Origin: Gemmatimonadales bacterium
GTDB taxonomy: Bacteria; Gemmatimonadota; Gemmatimonadetes; Gemmatimonadales; GWC2-71-9
Direction: 5' to 3'
Assembly (NCBI GenBank): GCA_037189525.1
Contig: JBBCJC010000001.1
Location: forward strand, 224,001 to 288,000
DNA length: 64,000 nt
The notes under the pieces were generated by a model that worked only from the letters and a program-made list of their open reading frames with translations, was not told the DNA's origin and did not search any database. The translations under genes and the position numbers were made by a program. This document shows, one piece after another, positions 1 to 8,400 of this stretch (position 1 is its first letter; each line of letters starts with the position of its first letter).

Positions 1-2
1 AG

Positions 3-3000
3 CTGCTCCAGGTCTGCCGCCGGGCGCGTGTCACGGTCGTCGACCTGGTCCCGTCGTACTGGTCGCGCCTGATCGAGGCCGCCGAGGCCGATCCGTCACT
101 GCTCGCCGGCTCGGCGCTCCGCCTGACGCTATCGGCCAGCGAACCGCTGCCGGCGGCTCTGGTGCAGCGCTGGCTGGCGCTGACCGGCGGGCAGACCCGC
201 TTCATCAACATGTACGGCCAGACCGAGACGGCCGGCATCGTCTCGACGGTGACACTGACGCCGAGCCTGCTGTCCGATGGTGCCGTCGCCCCACTCGGCG
301 CGCCCTTGCCGCGCACCGAAATCCACCTGCTCGACGAATCGGGGATACCCGTTGCCGACGGCGCCGCGGGCGAGATCTGGATCGGCGGCGATGCGGTCGG
401 CCCCGGCTACCACAATCGTACGGAGCTGACGGCTGAGCGGTTCGTCGATCACCCTACGCTCGGCCGGCGGCTCTATCGCACCGGCGACCTGGGGGTGCGG
501 CGTCCCGACGGCCTGCTCACCTTTGCCGGACGGCGCGACAACCAGCTCAAGGTGCGCGGCCACCGGGTCGAGGTCGAAGAGGTCGAGGCCACGCTGCAGC
601 GCCATCCGCAGGTATCGGCCGCGGCCGTGCATGCGCGCGAGCACCAGGGCGAAGCGACGCTGGTGGCGTTCGTGACCTCCACCGACGGCGCCGCGCCGAC
701 CGGGCGCGAACTCCGGGAACATCTGCTGCGCTCCGTACCGGAATACATGGTCCCCGCCGCGTTCCAGGTAGTCCTGGCCCTGCCCCGGACACCGAACGGC
801 AAGCTCGACCGCGGCGCGCTGTCGTCGCTCCCCGTCACCTTAGGAGCCGATCGCGCCGCCTACGTCGCGCCGCGCACCGATGCTGAGCGGGCCATGGCGC
901 GGATCTGGGAGGACGTGATCGGCGTTGCACCGGTCGGCGTTCACGACCACTTCTTCGAAATCGGCGGTCACTCACTGATGGCCGTGCGGGTGCTGGCCCG
1001 AATCCGTTCGGTGTTCGGGACTGAGCCGCCCCTTCGCGTCCTGTTCGAACAGCCAACGGTTGCCGCGCTCACGGCGGCCGTCGCTGCGCTTGGCGCGGAC
1101 TCGGGTGCCGACGCCGGCATCGGCCAACTGACCGACGGACGCACCGCCCCGCTCTCGTTTGCGCAGGAACGGCTCTGGGTCCTCAATCAGATCGAACCGG
1201 ACAGCGCCGCGTACAACCTGGTCGCGGCGTTTCGGATGCGCGGCGCGCTCGACCGGGGCGCCCTCGAGCGCACCCTGACGGAGATCGTCCGCCGCCACGA
1301 GGCGCTGCGCACCTCCTTCCCCAGCACCGACGGCGTAGCTCGCCAGGTGGTCCAGCCGGTCGGCGAGTTTACGCTGGCCGCCGAGACGATCTCCCCGACA
1401 ACCGACGAGACGCTGACCCGCCGCGCGGCAGAGCTGGCGGCGCAACCGTTCGATCTGAGCAACGGACCGCTGTTCCGGGGCACCCTGCTCCGCGCGGCCG
1501 ACGACGACCACTTGCTGGTCATCGTAATGCATCACATCGTGTCGGACGGGTGGTCACGCGGGGTGCTCTACCAGGAAATCGGCGCGCTCTACAAGGCCTA
1601 CGCTTCGGGCGAGGCATCGCCGCTGGCCGAGTTGCCGATCCAGTACGGGGACTTCGCGGCCTGGCAGCGGGACTGGCTGACCGAATCGGTCCTGGCGCGG
1701 CAGTTGGACCACTGGACCCGCCTGCTGGCCGCTCCACTGCCGACGCTCGACTTGCCGACCGACCGGCCGCGCCCCCCGATTCAGACGTTCAAGGGCGCAA
1801 CGCACCGTTTCGAGATCCCTGCCGAGCTTGCATCCCGGCTCAAGGCGCTGGGCGCGGAAGAAGATGCGACCGCGTTCATGGTGCTGCTCGCGGCCTTCCA
1901 GGCCATGCTGAGCCGCTACAGCGGTCAGGACGACATCATCGTCGGGTCGCCGACGGCCGGCCGGACCCGGCTCGAGACGGAAGGCCTGATCGGCTTTTTC
2001 GTCAACACGCTGGCGCTGCGCACCAGCCTGGCCGGTAATCCCAGCTTCCGCACGCTGCTGGGCCGCGTGCGCGAGGTGGCGCTAGGCGCGTTCCAGCATC
2101 AGGATCTGCCGTTCGAGCGGCTGGTCGAAGGGCTGCACCTGCCGCGCGATTTGAGCCGGTCGCCCCTGTTCCAGGTGCTGTTCATCCTTCAGAACACGCC
2201 GGTGCATCCGCTGGCGCTGCCGGGCGTGGTCTTGGAGCAGGTCGACGTCGACGCCGGCGCCGCCAAGTTCGACCTGACGCTCTCGCTTGCCGTGCAGGAG
2301 AGCGGCTACGTCGGCCACCTCGAATACAATACCGACCTGTTCGACGCCGCCACCATCGAGCGGCTGGGCAACCACTACGTCACGCTGCTCTCTGCCGCGG
2401 CCGCCGCGCCCGACCTGCCGATCGAACGTCTGGGCATCCTCACACCGGCCGAACGCGTCCAGATCGACCGGACCTGGAACGACACGGCCCGCCCGCTGCC
2501 CAGCGCCGACACCCTGGTGACCCAGTTCGAGCGCCAGGTGGCCCTGACGCCCGACACGCCCGCCGCGAGCTTCGAACACGAGACGCTCAGCTACCGAGAA
2601 CTCAACGCGCGCGCCAACCGGCTGGCCCGGCGCCTGCGCGAACTCGGCGTGGCTTCCGGTGTACCGGTCGGCATCTTTGCGGAGCGCTCGCTCGAAATGC
2701 TGGTGGGGATGCTGGCCACGCTGAAAGCAGGCGGGGCGTATCTGCCGCTCGACCCCGCGTACCCGGCCGATCGGATTGCCTTCATGCTGGAGGACAGCGC
2801 GGCGCCGGTTATCGTCACCCAAGGCCGGCTGGTCGACCGCCTGCCGGCCACGACCGCCAAGGTGCTCCGGGCCGACCTCGACGCGGTGTCGTTTGCGCGG
2901 CTGCCGGATGCAAACCTGGACGGCGGTGCAGCACCAAGCGATCTGGCCTACGTGATCTACACGTCGGGTTCGACCGGACGCCCCAAGGGCGTCATGATCG

Positions 3001-5465
3001 AGCACCGCAACGTGGTCAACTTCTTCCTGGGCATGGACGAGCGGATCGGCGGCGACGGGCCGGGAACCTGGCTGGCCGTCACCAGCATATCGTTCGACAT
3101 CTCCGTGCTCGAACTGTTCTGGACGCTGACGCGCGGCTTCCATGTCGTGATCCAGGGCGATCCGGAGCGTGTCCGCGCGCAGACTGGCACACCCCGGTCG
3201 GACCGCAAGCTGGGCTTCAGCCTCTTCTACTTCTCGAGCGCCGCGGACGTTCCGCCCGCCGACCGGTATCGGATGCTGATCGAGGGCGCCAAGTTCGGCG
3301 ACGCGAACGGATTCGAAGCGATCTGGACGCCCGAGCGGCACTTCCATGCGTTCGGCGGGCTGTATCCGAACCCGGCGGTCGTGAGCGGCGCCATCGCGGC
3401 CATCACGTCGCGCATCAAGATTCGCACGGGCAGCGTCGTGTTGCCGCTGCACAGCGCCGTCCGCGTGGCCGAAGACTGGGCCGTGATCGACAATCTGTCG
3501 AACGGTCGCGTTGGGCTGGGCTTTGCGTCGGGCTGGCACGACCGTGACTTCGTCTTCGCGCCGCAGAACTACGAGCGCCGACGCGAGATCATGGCGGAGA
3601 TGATCGACACCGTCCGCCGCCTATGGCGCGGCGAGGCCGTGACCATGCCCGGGGGCGCCGGCAAGGACGTAACGATCTCGACGCTGCCGCGCCCGATCCA
3701 GCCGGAGCTTCCGGTCTGGGTGACCGCGGCCGGCACCACCGCGACCTACGAAAAAGCCGGCGAAATCGGCGCCAATGTCCTGACCCACCTGCTGGGCCAG
3801 AGTCCGGAGATTCTGCGCGAGAAGATCGCGGCGTACCGAGCGGCATGGCGCCGCGCCGGGCATACCGGAACCGGTCATGTCAGCCTAATGCTCCATACCT
3901 ATGTCCATCCGGACATGGAGCACGTCAAAGCCAGGGTCTGGCATCCGTTCCGCGACTACCTGCGCACCTCCGTCGACCTGATCAAGGGTCTTGCGGAGGG
4001 CCGCGGTCAGGACATCCGGTCGGCCGAGTTTACCAAGGAGGACATGGAAGCGCTGCTCGACCATGCCTTCCATCGGTACTTCGATACGAGCGCGCTGATG
4101 GGCACGCCCGAGACCACGTTCGAGATGGTCGAACGGGTCAAGGGCATGGACGTCGACGAAATCGCCTGCCTGATCGACTTCGGCATCCCGATCGACGAGA
4201 CGCTGGCCGGGCTCGAGCACCTGGCAGAGTTGCGGCGCCGCTCGGACGAGTCGTCCGCCAGCGCCTCGGCAGACTACGACATTCCTGCGCAGCTCCGGCG
4301 CTGGAACGTGACGCACTTCCAGTGCACGCCCTCGATGGCGGCCATGCTCACGGCGCAGCCCGAGATCAAGCCCGGCTTTGCCGGCCTGACCAAACTCATG
4401 ATCGGCGGGGAAGCCTTCCCACCCGCGCTGGCCGGTGAGCTGCAGCAGCTGGTCCAGGGTGATGTCATCAACATGTACGGCCCGACCGAAACGACGATCT
4501 GGTCGACGACGCAGCAGTTGGAACCGAACGTGACGTCTGTGCCGCTCGGCACTCCGATCGCGAACACGGTCTGCCGGGTGGTCGACCGGAACCTGGAGCC
4601 GGTGCCCGTCGGAATTGCCGGCGAGCTGCTGATCGGCGGCGCGGGCGTGGTGCGCGGCTACCTCAATCGCGCGGAGCTGACGGCTGAGCGCTTCATCGAC
4701 GATCCGCTGGCCCCGGGAAACCGGGTCTATCGGACCGGCGACCTGGTGCGCTGGCGACCCGACGGGCGGCTCGAGTTCCTGGGCCGGCTCGATCACCAGG
4801 TCAAGATCCGCGGCCATCGCATCGAGCTGGGCGAGATCGAAGCCATCGTCGAACAGCACTCGACGGTCCGTGAAGCCGTGGTGATCGCCCGCGAGGATGT
4901 CCCCGGCGACAAGCGGATCGTAGCATACGTCGTGGCGCGTGGCGCGCAGCAGCCGGACGCCTCGGAGATTCGCCAGGCGGTCGGCGCGCGGTTGCCGGAG
5001 TATATGATTCCGAGCCATGTGGTGGTGCTCGATCGGTTGCCGAGAACGCCCAACCTCAAGGTCGACCGCAAGGTCCTTCCGGCGCCCGATCAGCACGCCG
5101 CGCCTGCCGCAAGCTACGTACAGCCGGGCAGCGAACTCGAGCAGACCATCGCCGCGATCTGGCAGGAAGCGCTCCGGCTGCCGCAGGTCGGCGTCAACGA
5201 CAACTTCTTCGATATCGGCGGCCACTCGCTGCTGACGGTGAAGGTGCATTCGCGGCTGCGCGCCGCAATCGATCGGCCGGTGTCGATCACCGATCTTTTC
5301 CGCTTCCCGACCGTGCGGGCGCTGGCTGAGCATTTGGGTGGTGCGGCACCGGCCGTAGCCACGACAGAAGTTTCGCAAGCACGGGCCGGCGCCCGGCGCG
5401 AAGCGATGCAGCGCCGGCGTGGGCGTCGCCCGGCCGGTGCGAGTCCAGACTCACAGGATCAGTAA
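3..5465 (+). CDS. NRPS, 5'-truncated: A(partial)-T-C-A[interrupted by luciferase-like monooxygenase]-T
   Basis: Frame is open from base 3 (LLQVCRRARVTVVDLVPSYW...), so the true start lies outside the window. A motifs YRTGD, QLKVRGHRVE, PNGKLDR. Carrier motifs FFEIGGHSL and FFDIGGHSL. C motif HHIVSDGWS. Second A has YTSGSTGRPKG, FDISV, NMYGPTETT. LLM insert FSLFYF...WTPERHFHAFGGLYPNPAV at ~3205-4240. Confidence 0.97.
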   Translation: MLQVCRRARVTVVDLVPSYWSRLIEAAEADPSLLAGSALRLTLSASEPLPAALVQRWLALTGGQTRFINMYGQTETAGIVSTVTLTPSLLSDGAVAPLGAPLPRTEIHLLDESGIPVADGAAGEIWIGGDAVGPGYHNRTELTAERFVDHPTLGRRLYRTGDLGVRRPDGLLTFAGRRDNQLKVRGHRVEVEEVEATLQRHPQVSAAAVHAREHQGEATLVAFVTSTDGAAPTGRELREHLLRSVPEYMVPAAFQVVLALPRTPNGKLDRGALSSLPVTLGADRAAYVAPRTDAERAMARIWEDVIGVAPVGVHDHFFEIGGHSLMAVRVLARIRSVFGTEPPLRVLFEQPTVAALTAAVAALGADSGADAGIGQLTDGRTAPLSFAQERLWVLNQIEPDSAAYNLVAAFRMRGALDRGALERTLTEIVRRHEALRTSFPSTDGVARQVVQPVGEFTLAAETISPTTDETLTRRAAELAAQPFDLSNGPLFRGTLLRAADDDHLLVIVMHHIVSDGWSRGVLYQEIGALYKAYASGEASPLAELPIQYGDFAAWQRDWLTESVLARQLDHWTRLLAAPLPTLDLPTDRPRPPIQTFKGATHRFEIPAELASRLKALGAEEDATAFMVLLAAFQAMLSRYSGQDDIIVGSPTAGRTRLETEGLIGFFVNTLALRTSLAGNPSFRTLLGRVREVALGAFQHQDLPFERLVEGLHLPRDLSRSPLFQVLFILQNTPVHPLALPGVVLEQVDVDAGAAKFDLTLSLAVQESGYVGHLEYNTDLFDAATIERLGNHYVTLLSAAAAAPDLPIERLGILTPAERVQIDRTWNDTARPLPSADTLVTQFERQVALTPDTPAASFEHETLSYRELNARANRLARRLRELGVASGVPVGIFAERSLEMLVGMLATLKAGGAYLPLDPAYPADRIAFMLEDSAAPVIVTQGRLVDRLPATTAKVLRADLDAVSFARLPDANLDGGAAPSDLAYVIYTSGSTGRPKGVMIEHRNVVNFFLGMDERIGGDGPGTWLAVTSISFDISVLELFWTLTRGFHVVIQGDPERVRAQTGTPRSDRKLGFSLFYFSSAADVPPADRYRMLIEGAKFGDANGFEAIWTPERHFHAFGGLYPNPAVVSGAIAAITSRIKIRTGSVVLPLHSAVRVAEDWAVIDNLSNGRVGLGFASGWHDRDFVFAPQNYERRREIMAEMIDTVRRLWRGEAVTMPGGAGKDVTISTLPRPIQPELPVWVTAAGTTATYEKAGEIGANVLTHLLGQSPEILREKIAAYRAAWRRAGHTGTGHVSLMLHTYVHPDMEHVKARVWHPFRDYLRTSVDLIKGLAEGRGQDIRSAEFTKEDMEALLDHAFHRYFDTSALMGTPETTFEMVERVKGMDVDEIACLIDFGIPIDETLAGLEHLAELRRRSDESSASASADYDIPAQLRRWNVTHFQCTPSMAAMLTAQPEIKPGFAGLTKLMIGGEAFPPALAGELQQLVQGDVINMYGPTETTIWSTTQQLEPNVTSVPLGTPIANTVCRVVDRNLEPVPVGIAGELLIGGAGVVRGYLNRAELTAERFIDDPLAPGNRVYRTGDLVRWRPDGRLEFLGRLDHQVKIRGHRIELGEIEAIVEQHSTVREAVVIAREDVPGDKRIVAYVVARGAQQPDASEIRQAVGARLPEYMIPSHVVVLDRLPRTPNLKVDRKVLPAPDQHAAPAASYVQPGSELEQTIAAIWQEALRLPQVGVNDNFFDIGGHSLLTVKVHSRLRAAIDRPVSITDLFRFPTVRALAEHLGGAAPAVATTEVSQARAGARREAMQRRRGRRPAGASPDSQDQ

Positions 5466-5468
5466 GCA

Positions 5469-8400
5469 ATGAGCGAGCAGCAGCTTCCCCCGGGATCGGC
5501 CGAGACCGATATCGCCATCGTCGGCCTGGCCGGCCGGTTCCCGGGCGCCCCCGACGTCGCCACCTTCTGGAAGAACCTTCGCGACGGCGTCGAGAGCGTC
5601 ACCTGGCTCACCGACGACGAGTTGCGCGCCGCGGGCGTCCCGGACGAGCTGCTGGCCGATCCCGATTACGTCCGCGCCTCGTATCAGATGCCGGACATGG
5701 CCGGATTCGATGCCGGGTTCTTCGGCTTTGCGCCGCGGGAAGCGGCCATCATGGATCCGCAGCAGCGCCACTTTCTGGAACTCGCCTGGACGGCCATGGA
5801 GCACGCCGGGCACGCGCCGGAGCGCTTCGGCGGATCGGTCGGCGTCTTTGCCGGCTGCGGCGCCAACATCTACATGATGCTCAACCTGCTCACCAACCCC
5901 GAGCTGGTCGAGAATGTCGGTCTCTTTCTGTTGCGGCATACCGGCAACGACAAGGACTTCCTCGCCACCCGGGTGTCGTACCTGATGAACCTGCGGGGGC
6001 CGAGCGTCAACGTGCAGACGGCCTGCTCGACCTCGCTCGTAGCGGTCCACATGGCGGTCCAGAGCCTGCTCAGCAACGAGTGCGACATGGCGCTCGCCGG
6101 GGGCACGACCGTCAAACAGCCGCATCCGGTCGGCTACCTGTACAAAGAGGGTGAGATCGTGGCGCCGGACGGCCACTGCCGGTCGTTCGACGCCAAGGCC
6201 GAGGGCACCGTCTTCGGCAGCGGAGCCGGCGTCGTCGTGCTGCGGCGGCTGGCCGACGCGATTCGCGACGGCGATACCATCCACGCCGTGATCAAGGGAT
6301 CCGCCATCAATAACGACGGCGCCCAGAAGGTCGGGTATCTGGCGCCGAGCGTGGATGGACAGGCGCAGGCCGTCGCCGAGGCGCTCGCGCTGGCCGACAT
6401 CGATCCTGAGTCAATTCAGTTCGTCGAATGCCACGGTACCGCGACGCCGGTCGGCGACCCGATCGAAGTGGCTGCGCTGACCCAGGCCTATCAAGGCGCA
6501 GGAGCAGAGCGCACCGGGTACTGCGCCCTGGCGTCGCTCAAGTCGAATGTCGGGCACCTCGATACCGCTGCCGGCGTTGCGGGCGTGATCAAGACGGTCG
6601 AGGCGCTCAAGCATCGGCAGATCCCGCCTTCGCTGCATTACACCGAGCCGAACCCGGCCATCGATTTTGCGTCGAGTCCGTTCTTCGTCAATGACACGCT
6701 TCGCGAATGGACCACCGACGGCGGGCCGCGTCGCGCCGCCGTGAGTTCACTCGGCGCCGGCGGCACCAACGCCCACGTCATCGTCGAAGAAGCGCCGGCG
6801 CTACCGCCCTCCGGGCCGTCGCGCGAGCATCAGCTCTACGTGCTTTCCGCCAAGACCCCGACGGCGCTCGACACGGCCGCCGCCAACCTGGTGGCCGCGC
6901 TGCGCACCAGCCAGGACGCCCCGGCCGACGTGGCCTTTACGCTGGCGCAGGGCCGCCAGGCGTTGGCGCATCGCCGCGCCGTCGTGGCGAAGAGCGCCGC
7001 GGAGGCTGCGGACCTGCTCGACAGAAACGACCCCAAAGTCGTACCGACCGCCCAGGTATCGGATCGCAAGCGCACGCTGGCCTTCATGTTCGCCGGCGGC
7101 GGCGCCCAGTACGCGGGCATGGGTGCCGACCTCTACGAAGGCGAACCGGTTTATCGCGCCGCCGTCGACGAGTGTATTGCCCTGCTCCAGCCGCAGCTCG
7201 ACTGGGATCTCAAGACCCTGCTGCTGGCGCCGCCGGCCGATCGCGAACGCCTGGGCGAAGAACTCGAACGGCCGTCGCGCTCGCTGCCCTGCCTCTTCAT
7301 CACGCAGTACGCGATGGCCAGGCTGTGCCTGGCATGGGGCTTCGAACCCCAGGCCATGATCGGCCACAGTATGGGCGAGTACACCGCCGCGCATCTGGCC
7401 GGCGTTTTCTCACTCGCCGACGGCCTGGCGCTGGTGACCCTGCGAGGCAAGTTGTTCGAACGGATCCCGCCGGGCGGGATGCTCAGCGTGCCGCTGGCTG
7501 CCGAAGAACTCCAGAAGCGGCTGCCTGCCGAGCTGTCGATTGCCGCGATCAACGCGCCGGAGCTCTGCGTTGCTTCGGGCCCGCTCCAGGCGCTCGATGC
7601 GCTGGAGAAGGCACTTGCCGCCGACGAGATCGACTGCCGCCGGGTCCGCATCAACATCGCGGCCCACTCGGCGATGCTCGAGCCGATCCTCACGGAATTC
7701 GGCGCGTTCTTTCGCCGGATCACGCTGAGCCCGCCGACGCGGCCGTTCGTATCCAACGTCACGGGCGACTGGATCACGCCCGAGGAGGCGACCAGCCCGG
7801 AATACTGGGTCCGCCACCTTCGCCATACGGTGCGGTTTGCCGACGGCATCGGAGTGCTGCTGCGCGATGAAGGCCGCGTATTGCTCGAGATCGGCCCGGG
7901 GCGCGTGCTTGCCACGCTGGCATCCCTCCACTCCGATCGGAAGGCCGACCAGCCGACGCTGACCTCGATGCGGCATCCGGACGAAGCCGGATCCGACGTG
8001 GCCCACGCGCTCACCATGGCGGGCCGTCTCTGGCTCGCCGGCGTGACACCCAATTGGAACGGTCTCTGGAAGGGTGAACGCCGCCGGCGGATTCCGCTGC
8101 CGACCTACCCGTTCGAGCATCAGTCGTATTTCATCCAGCCCGGCAAGGGCGCCGTGACCAGCAAGCCGTCGCTGACTCGGCGGAACGATGTCGGTCAATG
8201 GTTCTACGAGACCGCCTGGGAGCGGGCTCCGCTGGCCGGAAGGACCGCGCTGGCAGCCGGGACGCGGTGGCTGGTCTTCCGCGACGAACAGGGCCTGGGT
8301 GCGTCGCTTGCCGCGCGACTGGGACGCGACGGGACCGTGATTTCCGTGCTGCCCGGCACCAACGTCCGGCAGGTCGATGCCACGACCTATCAGGTGAACC

